The notes below the pieces were generated by a model that worked only from the letters and a program-made list of their open reading frames with translations, did not search any database and had not been told where the DNA came from. This document shows positions 8,132-17,441 of a DNA stretch of 64,000 bases, piece after piece. Origin of the DNA: Candidatus Latescibacterota bacterium. Its GTDB lineage: Bacteria; Latescibacterota; UBA2968; GCA-2709665. A program made the position numbers and the translations under genes. The stretch is taken from NCBI GenBank assembly GCA_965248435.1, contig OZ252100.1, positions 4,576,001 to 4,640,000 on the forward strand, read 5' to 3'. Positions within the stretch are counted from its first letter, which is position 1; each line of letters starts with the position of its first letter.

Positions 8132-10492
8132 TTAGCGGGATGCGATCTTGAACTGGGCATCTCGAGTCGTTTCCAGACCGTTGTTCAGGTCTTTGATCCC
8201 CACTCGAAGCGTGTAACGTCCGGGCTTGGCCACGTCCAGATCCATCTCGACGTAGTCGAAGACGGAGGTCTCGGTGCCTGTCTGCTCGTATCTCACCTCG
8301 ATCGCACGGCCATCCTTCTTTTTCAGCTTTGGAAGGAAGGGGATGATGGATCCGCCGACATCCCTGGCCTCCACCTCGTATGAAACCTCGTAGCGAGTGG
8401 ACCCAAAGTCGTCACGTGTGAGGTTGTAGAGTTCGAAGTAGACGAAGATTGGGTCGTGAGTGTAGAAGACGCGGGATGGCGCCGGGAGGATCTTCCACGA
8501 ACCTCTCACGAACGTGGAATCTGAACCCGTACGGGCTTCCAGAATCCTTTGCGAAAGCTGCAGATCGCTGAGCATCAGCCTGTCGCGGGAATAGTCGGGC
8601 AGGTCTATTGGCATCCTGTAGACCTGCAGCAAGTCGGTCTCTCGCCGAAAGGCCTGGACGGCCAACTCATAGTGGCCCGGCCTGGTTTGAAGGTTCACCA
8701 GATCCATGGCCATGTGGTCGCCCCTCCGGGTCCTGCCCGATATGGGGACCAGAATGTCCCTGACCGTCCTATGGTGTTCATTCCAGCTACGGTCGAGGAG
8801 AACGACCCGCTGCTGTACGACTACGGTCGTATCGACGTCTCCGGTGAGGGCCACATTCTTGATCGGTAGCCCGATCACGACCTGCAGTTCGGTCTTGCCA
8901 TCTTGACCCCTGAAGGAGAGGGCGTCGAAGTAGAAATCAAGTCCCTTAAGGTTAACCTGGGGGCGGTAAAGCTCCGGTTCCGTACCGGCGAGCGCCGCCA
9001 TCTTCACCGCCGGGGCGGCCGCGCCGAATCGCTGGATGACAGACAGCGGGGAAAGGCCCTGACCCTCCAATTCTGCGAGGTCCCTGGGGGACAGGTTCGG
9101 GATCGGGGCGAATCCGTACGAATCGGAGTGGTACTCGTCCGTAAAGACGACTTCCAGCCCTCTTTCCACATTTTTGTAGATCCAGACCTCCCAGGGGACG
9201 GCGGACCAGTCGTCGGATGTCGTCACCGGACGCCATCCCGGCAATCCCATGGTCGTCTCGGGGGCCCTTGCGGCGCCCCTGTCGGCCCGAACCGGGAAGA
9301 TGGGCCCGGCGAAGTTGGCCTCTATGGACGGGTCGCCATAGAGCCTGTGAGCCAGCTGCTCCTGAACGCGCTGGACATCGAGTGGGACGTTGGGATTCGG
9401 CTGACGTGAATTGGATTTGTAGTCAGGCTCTCCGTAGCGGATGTAGGTCTCACCACGTTTGTCCCAGGGCCATTTTTTCTTCCCGAAGCGGGTCCGTGCG
9501 TGCCAGACGCGTCGGTAATGCTCTGTGCGGCGCGCCGCTCCTCCGTATGTTTTGAACGGATCTTTACCCATCCAGAAACGGTTCAGGAAGGCCGCCATGC
9601 CTTCAGATGGCGTCCTTCGGTAGAGACGAATTTCGCGCTTTGTCCCGACGAGAGAGATGTCCCGGTAGAGTGACGCCTCCTCGGGATCGAGCGCGGAAAT
9701 GAACGTCTCAAACTTTTCGAGCGCGCCTTCGTAATCCTTCCTTTGAAGCAAGGCCAGAGCGACAAGGGGCAGCGCCCGGACCTCCTGAAGGCGCAAGGCG
9801 ATCTCCGTGAACGCGGCGGACTGACCCCTTTCTAGGAGTTCGAGTGCAAACTCATAGGCCGAATCCTGGTCGTCTGGATTTTGATCCAGATATCGCTTGT
9901 AGTAGATCTCTGACGCACGGAAATTCTCCTCTTTCCTGTATATTTGCGCCAGCAGCAAGTAGGGTAGGGCATAGTCGGGGTTGTGGGTTATTGCCCTGCT
10001 GGCTGACTGTCTCGCACTCGTCATTTTTCCCATTTTGAAGTAGGCCCTGGCCAGCCCGAAGTGCGCCTCCTCGAAGGTGGAATCGAGGGCAACTGCGGTT
10101 TGCAGAGCCTCCAGTGATTCCTTCGGACGATCTCTGAAATCCAGAAGGACCCTGCCCAGGCCATAATGGACAGCCGGGAGGTCGGGATTCAGGTTCAGGG
10201 CGAGATGGAAGGCGACTTCCGCGCTGTCGGGTTCCTCCAACTCCAGATAAAGAAGACCCAGACGCGTAGCCAGGCCTACCACGTCAGGAGCCTCCGCGAC
10301 GGCCGCCTGGAGTTTGTTCACCACTTGGCGGACGGTTGCTTCGTCCGATGTCATTCGGGCACGCAGGTAGAGTGAGTCGATCGCCGCACGGTCGAGCGTT
10401 TGAGCCCGAACGCCCAGACCGGTCACGGTGATGATCCCGATACTGACGATTCCAGCTAGTTTGCTTAGTGCCGACCTGTCCGATAAGGGCAT
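8132..10492 (-). CDS. Secreted TPR + GWxTD-domain protein
   Basis: Signal-like N-terminus, several TPR repeats, FLNRFW...DP, EHYRRV, WDKRGETYIRYGEPD and WEVWIY, then C-terminal beta-sandwich-like segments. Start at ATG 10492 behind AGGAG. Confidence 0.8.
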   Translation of the reverse strand: MPLSDRSALSKLAGIVSIGIITVTGLGVRAQTLDRAAIDSLYLRARMTSDEATVRQVVNKLQAAVAEAPDVVGLATRLGLLYLELEEPDSAEVAFHLALNLNPDLPAVHYGLGRVLLDFRDRPKESLEALQTAVALDSTFEEAHFGLARAYFKMGKMTSARQSASRAITHNPDYALPYLLLAQIYRKEENFRASEIYYKRYLDQNPDDQDSAYEFALELLERGQSAAFTEIALRLQEVRALPLVALALLQRKDYEGALEKFETFISALDPEEASLYRDISLVGTKREIRLYRRTPSEGMAAFLNRFWMGKDPFKTYGGAARRTEHYRRVWHARTRFGKKKWPWDKRGETYIRYGEPDYKSNSRQPNPNVPLDVQRVQEQLAHRLYGDPSIEANFAGPIFPVRADRGAARAPETTMGLPGWRPVTTSDDWSAVPWEVWIYKNVERGLEVVFTDEYHSDSYGFAPIPNLSPRDLAELEGQGLSPLSVIQRFGAAAPAVKMAALAGTEPELYRPQVNLKGLDFYFDALSFRGQDGKTELQVVIGLPIKNVALTGDVDTTVVVQQRVVLLDRSWNEHHRTVRDILVPISGRTRRGDHMAMDLVNLQTRPGHYELAVQAFRRETDLLQVYRMPIDLPDYSRDRLMLSDLQLSQRILEARTGSDSTFVRGSWKILPAPSRVFYTHDPIFVYFELYNLTRDDFGSTRYEVSYEVEARDVGGSIIPFLPKLKKKDGRAIEVRYEQTGTETSVFDYVEMDLDVAKPGRYTLRVGIKDLNNGLETTRDAQFKIASR

Positions 10493-10759
10493 AAGATCTC
10501 CTGTCACTCCTTCTACGCAGGACCGTCCGTTTTGTTTCATGGATGGTGTTTAATGCTCCGACGATCAGACGTCTAATATAGCTAAAATCTTGTTGTGGAG
10601 GGGACCGGCGTATCTTCGGCAGCGGGATCCATCTGACGATCTATCCGGGCCGAACGGATTCCGCAGCCCGAGTGTGAGCTGTTCTTGAGCGCAGGGGAAT
10701 AAGGAATCTTGTTCAGGGTGACTAAGCTTGCGGAAACCTGGAAGATACGGCGTTTCTTC

Positions 10760-10788
10760 TTGACTTGGAATTGGGCATGCCTTATTTT
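10760..10788 (+). promoter_or_regulatory. sigma70-type promoter for the PTS EIIA gene
   Basis: TTGACT-N17-TATTTT. Confidence 0.55.
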
Positions 10789-10886
10789 CGCATTCATAAC
10801 AGATTGGCTTCCATAAGCTTAAGGGATACAGTGATCCATTGCGTGTAGAGTCGGGCGGAACGACGCAGGGGAATTTGGAGTCAAGT

Positions 10887-11348
10887 ATGACACTGATGGA
10901 AATCTTGTCAGGCAATTCCGTTATCGTGGACCTCAAAGGGGAAACGAAAGAAGAGGTCCTCGAAGAACTCGTCGAGGCTGTAGACGATAGCAGAATCGCT
11001 GATCGCCAGAAGGTTTTGGAAGCGGTGCTGCAGCGCGAGGAAATCATGAGTACGGGAATCGGTCACGGGATCGCGATTCCACACGGAAAATCGGATTACG
11101 TAAAGGAACTCGGCGGCGTCCTCGGTATTAAGCCGAACGGGATCGACTTCGACTCGCTGGATGGGAAAGATACCTACATCTTTTTCCTCCTCGTTTCACC
11201 AATGGGCGTTTCCGGACCCCATATCAAGGCGCTGGCAAGGATATCCCGTCTCCTTAAGCGAGAGTCGTTCCGGCAGGAATTGATTTCGGCCAAAGATTCT
11301 GAGTCCGCTTTAACGATCATCGAAGAGGAAGAAAAGCAACAGGCTTGA
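10887..11348 (+). CDS. PTS EIIA component (fructose/Ntr-type, PtsN-like)
   Basis: REEIMSTGIGHGIAIPH, GIDFDSLDG and HIKALARISRLL motifs. Confidence 0.9.
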   Translation: MTLMEILSGNSVIVDLKGETKEEVLEELVEAVDDSRIADRQKVLEAVLQREEIMSTGIGHGIAIPHGKSDYVKELGGVLGIKPNGIDFDSLDGKDTYIFFLLVSPMGVSGPHIKALARISRLLKRESFRQELISAKDSESALTIIEEEEKQQA

Positions 11349-11378
11349 AAGCGAGTTCAGAATCTACGAGTGGCCATT

Positions 11379-11410
11379 GCTTGCTTGCGTTCTTGAAGCA
11401 GGCTTTTTTT
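11379..11410 (+). terminator. Possible intrinsic terminator
   Basis: GCTTGCTT...AAGCAGGC stem followed by T7. Confidence 0.45.
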
Positions 11411-11427
11411 ATTCGAAAGCGGAGTGT

Positions 11428-11534
11428 TGGGGGAATGGAGTAATGGAGCAATGGAGTAATGGAGCAATGGAGTAATGGAGCAATGGCATGGTTTGCAATA
11501 CTCCAAAACTCCAGCACTGCAATACTCCAGAATC
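11428..11534. repeat. Octamer fold-back element, copy 1: (TGGAGYAA)x6 plus a complementary arm
   Basis: Alternating TGGAGTAA/TGGAGCAA units, then CAATACTCCAAAACTCCAGCACTGCAATACTCCAGAATC. Confidence 0.9.
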
Positions 11535-11597
11535 AGGGAACTGCTCGCGTAACAATAGTGGAACGGTATAGCGAATTAGATTTCTAAGGGCATAACC

Positions 11598-13679
11598 TTG
11601 TTCGGACTGAGCTTTTCCAACCCGGCGATGTTGCACGCTCTCTGGGCGGCGGCGCTGCCCCTTGTCATTCACCTCCTCAACCGAAAGCGTCCGGTAACGA
11701 TAAAGTTCAGCAACGTGAGGCTCCTGGAGGAGCTTCAACAGGACCGCATGCGTCGGGTCAAACTGAAGCAGTATCTCCTTCTCGTCGTACGCACGCTGTT
11801 GATCGCCCTGATTGTGCTCTCCTTCGCAAGACCCACCCTCCGAGGCACATATCATGTAGGAGCCGATGGGCAACAAACCGCTGGGGCGCTGTTGCTGGAC
11901 CGGTCTCTAAGCATGAGGCATCGATCGGGAGACACAAGCCTGTTCGAACGCGCGCGTAAGCGGCTGCTGGCTTCCCTCGACCTGTTCGACGCGAGGGACG
12001 ATGTTTCCCTGTTCCTTGTGGATGACCGGCAGGTCGTCCTTCCTTCGGAGGATCGGGGGCGATTGAGGACCCGCGTTATGGCTACCCAGCCCTCGTTCAG
12101 GGGAACGGATTTGAGGCCGGGGATCGAGGCTGCTTCTGAATACCTCAACGGTTCGAAACTCCTCAATAAGGAACTCTACATTTTTACCGATCTGGCCCGG
12201 AATGGATGGACCAGCCTCCCCGACAGCCTAGTGGGCCTTCAGGGCACCTCGGTCTTTATCGTGGCCGAGCGCGCACCAGAATTGAACAACGTGGGCATTC
12301 GAGGGGCCGCGGTCGCCGGCCAGATCCTGAGTCCGGGAACCCCCGGGCGTCTGAATGTAGACCTCGTCAATTATGGCCGAACGCCCCGAACCGATATCCC
12401 GGTGGACGTGTTCCTCGGGAGGCGTCGGATCTCCCAGGAGGTGGTGAACCTTCCAGAGAGGGGTTCGGCGCGGGTTCGCGTCCAGTTCACTCCCGAGAGG
12501 TCGGGGGCGATCCCTGTGCGTGTCGAAATCTGGGACGATGATCTGACGGAAGACAGCGCCCTCACTACAATCTTTCGTGTCGCGGGAGATATCAGCGTTT
12601 TGCTCGTGGGAGAAGCGCCGGAAGAGACCTACTACCTGGAGCAGGCCCTGTCCGCAGGTTCCGCGCTGCGAGCCGGTATGGCGGTAAGGACGGTTTCACC
12701 CGAGGCGCTTTCGAAAGCCACGCTCGGCGGCGCCGACGTTATCCTGCTCTGCAACGTCTCTTCGATCTCCCGTGAGCGTGTGGATCTGTTGCGGAGCAGG
12801 GTAGAAGAAGGGGCCGGGCTGATGGTGATCCTGGGGGATCGCGCCGACTTTCGATTCTACAACGATTATCTGTTTCCTCAGCTATTACCGGCCTCTCTGG
12901 TTTCAATCTCCGGGACACCGGGCGATACCGGGCACTACGAGCTCGCAAAACCTCCAGAAGGGGATCACCCACTGTTCCAGGGGCTTGTTGAGAAGGAGGA
13001 GTTCGTCAGTCCCAAGTTCTATACCTATTGTCGTGTCCTCCTGAATGACGACGTCCGGCCTATACTGTCGTTCACCGGCGGTGCCCCGGCCCTGGCTGAG
13101 AGGCGGTTGGGCGATGGACGGGTGTTGATGCTCGCTTCCAGCCTCAAGGCGGATCTGAGCTGGACAGACCTCCCACTCTCCGGCCTTTTTGCACCGTTTG
13201 CTTATCGGTTGTCTCGTTACCTTGCAGCAGGCGCGTTGGGGACGACCGAATACATCGTCGGGCAGTCGGTCGCGCGAGAGGCGAAGGGTCCGCCGGCGAG
13301 GACCGCCACGCTTCGGCCTCCGAACGGGGAGGAGCGGACCATCTGGCCTGAACTTCGAGGCGGCCGCATCGTCTGGCCGCTGGGGGAGGTGGAAGAACCC
13401 GGTCTTTGGGAAATCTACAGGGACGAGGATCTAATCGACCGATTCGCGGTCAAGATCGTGTCGGAGGAGCCAGATTTGACGCCGCTTTCGCCCTCACGAC
13501 TCGAACGCCTTTTTCAGGAAGGCCAGGTCAGGGTGGTGGAGAGTGACGAAAATCTTGCCGATATCATCCAGGAAACCAGGCAGGGGAGAGAGCTTTGGCG
13601 GATGGCGCTGGGTGGGGCCTTCCTGCTGTTATGCGTGGAGCTGCTGATGTTACGCTCAGAACAGAGGGCCCGCCGATGA
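11598..13679 (+). CDS. BatA-domain / vWA membrane protein
   Basis: N-terminal LPLVIHLLNRKRP...FSN...LIVLSFARP, vWA MIDAS LLDRSLSM, IFTD, and a C-terminal TM after ELWR. Confidence 0.85.
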   Translation: MFGLSFSNPAMLHALWAAALPLVIHLLNRKRPVTIKFSNVRLLEELQQDRMRRVKLKQYLLLVVRTLLIALIVLSFARPTLRGTYHVGADGQQTAGALLLDRSLSMRHRSGDTSLFERARKRLLASLDLFDARDDVSLFLVDDRQVVLPSEDRGRLRTRVMATQPSFRGTDLRPGIEAASEYLNGSKLLNKELYIFTDLARNGWTSLPDSLVGLQGTSVFIVAERAPELNNVGIRGAAVAGQILSPGTPGRLNVDLVNYGRTPRTDIPVDVFLGRRRISQEVVNLPERGSARVRVQFTPERSGAIPVRVEIWDDDLTEDSALTTIFRVAGDISVLLVGEAPEETYYLEQALSAGSALRAGMAVRTVSPEALSKATLGGADVILLCNVSSISRERVDLLRSRVEEGAGLMVILGDRADFRFYNDYLFPQLLPASLVSISGTPGDTGHYELAKPPEGDHPLFQGLVEKEEFVSPKFYTYCRVLLNDDVRPILSFTGGAPALAERRLGDGRVLMLASSLKADLSWTDLPLSGLFAPFAYRLSRYLAAGALGTTEYIVGQSVAREAKGPPARTATLRPPNGEERTIWPELRGGRIVWPLGEVEEPGLWEIYRDEDLIDRFAVKIVSEEPDLTPLSPSRLERLFQEGQVRVVESDENLADIIQETRQGRELWRMALGGAFLLLCVELLMLRSEQRARR

Positions 13680-13769
13680 TTCCCGGGTCCCGCCTTTAGA
13701 TGTGGTCGTACCCCCCGACAAAATATTGATATATCCTATTGATTTAAAAAGACTTTCGACGGCTAACCC

Positions 13770-13798
13770 TTGACTTTTACCAGAGGGGACCTTATTTT
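13770..13798 (+). promoter_or_regulatory. sigma70-type promoter for topA-xerC
   Basis: TTGACT-N17-TATTTT. Confidence 0.55.
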
Positions 13799-13939
13799 TG
13801 GCTTGCGGCTTCAGGGAGGCGGTCCGCGCCTGAACCTCAAATGAGCCACGCGAATTGGCTTGTTCTTTTAGGGATTCGAGCCGATTCGGTGGTTACGCTG
13901 GCTAATTCTGGCCCGCAACGAACCTCGTTAGGAAGAGAG

Positions 13940-16201
13940 ATGCCCGACGCCCTCGTGGTGGTAGAATCACCCGCAAAAGCGAAGACGATCAACAAGTTCC
14001 TCGGTAAGAATTATCGGGTCCTGGCCTGTATGGGACACGTACGCGACTTACCGACCAAGGAACTTGGCATCGATATCGAAGAGGGGTTTAAACCCCGCTA
14101 TCAGACGATCCGGGGCAAAGGCAAGATTCTAAGCCAGCTTCGGTCCGCCGCCAAGTCTGCAAGCAAGGTCTACCTGGCTACGGACCCCGATCGCGAGGGC
14201 GAGGCGATCGCGTGGCACGTCGCGCACGCGATCGGAAAACATGCAAGCGATATCGGCCGCGTGCAGTTCAACGAGATCACCGAACGTGCCGTCCTCGAAG
14301 CCTTCGAACACTCAGCAGAGATCGACCTGCGTAAAGTGAACGCGCAGCAGGCGCGCAGAGTTCTGGATCGCCTCGTCGGCTACAAGGTCAGTCCCGTGCT
14401 TTGGAAGACCATTCGCTCTGGACTGAGTGCGGGCCGGGTGCAATCGGTTGCGCTGCGGCTGATTTGCGAACGCGAGGAGGAGATCAAGGCATTCGTCGCT
14501 GAAGAATACTGGACCGTAGACACGAAACTTCAGGGGTCGGAGGGCGATCCCTTCAAGGCCGGTCTGATTCGCATCAAGGGGGAGAAGCTCAAGGTTGGGA
14601 ACGGGGAGGAGGCAGAGCGGATTGTGGCCGAGCTCAAGGAGCTTGGCCGCGCAGACGGTTATCGAATCACCAAGGTCACGAAGCGGGAACAACGACGCAA
14701 TCCGTCGCCGCCATTTATTACGAGCACGCTCCAGCAGGAGGCGTCACGGCGTCTCAGGTTTACGGCTCGGAAGACCATGATGATCGCTCAGCAGCTCTAC
14801 GAGGGCATCGACCTGGATGGCGAAAGTACGGGCCTAATCACCTACATGCGTACTGATTCAACCCGGATGGCCCCCGAGGCCGTAGCGGCAGCGCGAACAT
14901 ACATTCGAGAACGGTTCGGTGCGGATTATGTGCCCGAAAGACCGAAGGCCTATCGAACCAAGAAGGGCGCGCAGGATGCTCACGAGGCCATTCGCCCCAC
15001 TGCCCTCAACCACACGCCTGACTCGATCAAGGTGCATCTGACGTCTGACCAGGCCAGGCTTTATCGGCTGATCTGGGATCGGTTCATCGCCTGCCAGATG
15101 AAGCCCGCAGTCTACGACCAGACCCGAGTCGACATTACAGCCGGGGAGTTCGAACTCAGGGCCACGGGATCCGTGCTCAAGTTCGCAGGATTTACAGCTC
15201 TCTATATCGAAGGGAAGGATGATGAAGAGGAGGATGGTGAAGCGCGGCTTCCCGCCAGTTTGAAGGATGGCGACTTGCTGAAGTTCCTCGATATCATCAC
15301 GGAGCAGCACTTCACCAAACCTCCGCCGCGTTACTCAGAGGCGACGCTCGTCAAAGAACTGGAGTCCCAAGCGATCGGGCGGCCCAGCACCTACGCGCAG
15401 ATTATCAGCACTATTCAGGATCGTGATTACGTAGTGAGAGATCGGGGCCGATTCACCCCCACGGAACTTGGGAGCACCGTGAACCGGATTCTTGTACAGG
15501 CATTTCCTGACCTTTTCAATGTCGCCTTCACCGCCCGCATGGAGGATGATCTGGATCGTGTGGAGCGAGGCGGATCGGAATGGGTAGATGTGATCGAGGA
15601 GTTCTACCGGCCTTTCTCGAAAGACCTGGATCGTGTTGAGAGTCAGCGTGCGGAGCTCAAACGCTCCCTCCAGGAGGATACGGGGGAACTTTGTGAGAAG
15701 TGCGGAGAAAAGTTGGTGATCAAGTGGGGCCGAAACGGGAAGTTCGTGGCCTGCACTGGATTTCCCGAATGCCGGAACACGCGACCCCTGGATGAAGAGC
15801 AAGCTCTGGCACCGAGCGGAGAAAAGTGTGAAAAATGTGGCTCGGACATGGTCGTCAGGAGTGGCCGCCACGGACGATTCCTCGCCTGTTCCGCCTATCC
15901 TGACTGCAAGAATACGCGGGCGCTGACTCTGGGCATCCCCTGCCCTCGCAATGATTGTGAAGGTCAAATCGTCGAGCGGGTGAGCAAGCGTCGAAAGACC
16001 TTTTATGGTTGCGAAACGTTTCCGAAGTGTGATTTTGCGACATGGGACCGGCCCCTGAAGCAGGACTGCCCCGTTTGTGGGGGCCCTTACCTGGCTGAGC
16101 GCAGCAGTCGCCGCAGCCAGAATCAAGATCCCACCCTGGCCTGCCTGAAGTGTGGGCATTCGGTTCCACAGGAAGCGGTATCGGAAGATGTGGCTTCCTG
16201 A
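13940..16201 (+). CDS. topA: DNA topoisomerase I with C-terminal zinc ribbons
   Basis: LVVVESPAKAKTI, ATDPDREGEAI, SAGRVQS, LITYMRTDS and AHEAIRPT motifs, plus C4 ribbons. Confidence 0.97.
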   Translation: MPDALVVVESPAKAKTINKFLGKNYRVLACMGHVRDLPTKELGIDIEEGFKPRYQTIRGKGKILSQLRSAAKSASKVYLATDPDREGEAIAWHVAHAIGKHASDIGRVQFNEITERAVLEAFEHSAEIDLRKVNAQQARRVLDRLVGYKVSPVLWKTIRSGLSAGRVQSVALRLICEREEEIKAFVAEEYWTVDTKLQGSEGDPFKAGLIRIKGEKLKVGNGEEAERIVAELKELGRADGYRITKVTKREQRRNPSPPFITSTLQQEASRRLRFTARKTMMIAQQLYEGIDLDGESTGLITYMRTDSTRMAPEAVAAARTYIRERFGADYVPERPKAYRTKKGAQDAHEAIRPTALNHTPDSIKVHLTSDQARLYRLIWDRFIACQMKPAVYDQTRVDITAGEFELRATGSVLKFAGFTALYIEGKDDEEEDGEARLPASLKDGDLLKFLDIITEQHFTKPPPRYSEATLVKELESQAIGRPSTYAQIISTIQDRDYVVRDRGRFTPTELGSTVNRILVQAFPDLFNVAFTARMEDDLDRVERGGSEWVDVIEEFYRPFSKDLDRVESQRAELKRSLQEDTGELCEKCGEKLVIKWGRNGKFVACTGFPECRNTRPLDEEQALAPSGEKCEKCGSDMVVRSGRHGRFLACSAYPDCKNTRALTLGIPCPRNDCEGQIVERVSKRRKTFYGCETFPKCDFATWDRPLKQDCPVCGGPYLAERSSRRSQNQDPTLACLKCGHSVPQEAVSEDVAS

Positions 16202-16321
16202 ATGAGGCACGACTCCCCGGTCGGTCTCCACGATTAGCGCTCCTCCCACCAGAACCTTTCTTCCCTGAGCCTACCCAGCCCCGAGGTCCACTGTGCCGAG
16301 GGGTCACAGGTTAGCATTCGA

Positions 16322-17221
16322 TTGAACTCCGTCGCCCTATTCATCAGGCATCTCTCACGCGAGCGGCGCCTTTCGCCCAACACCTGCCAGGCCTACGAAA
16401 AGGACCTGATGCAGTTTGAAACGTTTGTGAGAGATGAAGTGGATGGGGACGCGGACCTTCATCGACTGACCCGGGATGACGTCCGGGCCTTTCTGGGCCA
16501 CTTGAGCCGGGCCGGATTCAGCCGAAGATCTATTGCAAGAAAACTGGCTTCTCTGCGCACCTTCCTTTCTTTTCTCTGCCGCACCGGGCGAATCGATCGA
16601 AATCCAGCACTTCAGGTGAGTCCACCCAAGCAAGAAGGGAAGCTTCCTGAACATTTGAATGTTTCAGAAGCGAAAAGGGCTGTGGAGACACCTCCCGGGG
16701 ACACGCTCCTTGGGCTTCGGGATCGAGCCATTCTGGAGCTGTTGTATGGATCGGGGATTCGCCTACGTGAACTGACCGGCCTGACCGTGGACCGTATCGA
16801 ACTGGACGGAGGGGTGGTTCGGGTGCTCGGAAAGGGAAATAAGGAGCGAGTGGTACCGATCGGAAGAAGCGCAAAGCAGGCCCTCCAAAGCTATCTGAAC
16901 AGACGAAAGGAACTGATTGCATCCGATATCCCGGAGGAAGATCGCCGGTGTGTGTTCCTGAATCGCTCGGGGCGTCCCTTGAGCGCCAGCGGAGTCCAGC
17001 ACCGGGTGAGGCGATTCCTCGCTGAGGCCACCGGGGGTCGGAGACTTGGCCCGCACACGCTCAGACACACCTTTGCCACGCACCTCCTCGATGCCGGCGC
17101 GGATCTGAATGCGGTGAAGGAGATGCTCGGGCACGTAAGCCTCTCCACGACTCAGATCTACACACACGTGAGCGTGGAGCGGCTGAAGAAGGCCTATCGC
17201 CAGGCACATCCAAGAGCCTGA
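16322..17221 (+). CDS. xerC: Tyrosine recombinase XerC
   Basis: RDRAILELLYGSGIR, GKGNKER, PHTLRHTFATHLL and LGHVSLSTTQIYTH motifs. Located next to topA. Confidence 0.9.
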   Translation: MNSVALFIRHLSRERRLSPNTCQAYEKDLMQFETFVRDEVDGDADLHRLTRDDVRAFLGHLSRAGFSRRSIARKLASLRTFLSFLCRTGRIDRNPALQVSPPKQEGKLPEHLNVSEAKRAVETPPGDTLLGLRDRAILELLYGSGIRLRELTGLTVDRIELDGGVVRVLGKGNKERVVPIGRSAKQALQSYLNRRKELIASDIPEEDRRCVFLNRSGRPLSASGVQHRVRRFLAEATGGRRLGPHTLRHTFATHLLDAGADLNAVKEMLGHVSLSTTQIYTHVSVERLKKAYRQAHPRA

Positions 17222-17441
17222 AGCCGTGGCTCGTGGAGCGTCGTTCGAAAAGTAAACCTCACCGCAGAGGCGCAGAGTTCGTGGAGAAAACCAGGTACCG
17301 GAGAGATTACGGATTTTGGTTCGGGGATTGCAAAGGTCGTATCTCGTGAATCGTTGTCATGTGAAATCGGGGACTTGATCCATCGATTTTGAGTAAATTC
17401 TAACCAAGCGATAGCCGAGGTTATGAGCCTCGAGATAAGAG

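Noticed and set aside
16322-17221. XerC as a prophage integrase
   Set aside because: Housekeeping Xer motifs, topA linkage and no phage genes nearby.
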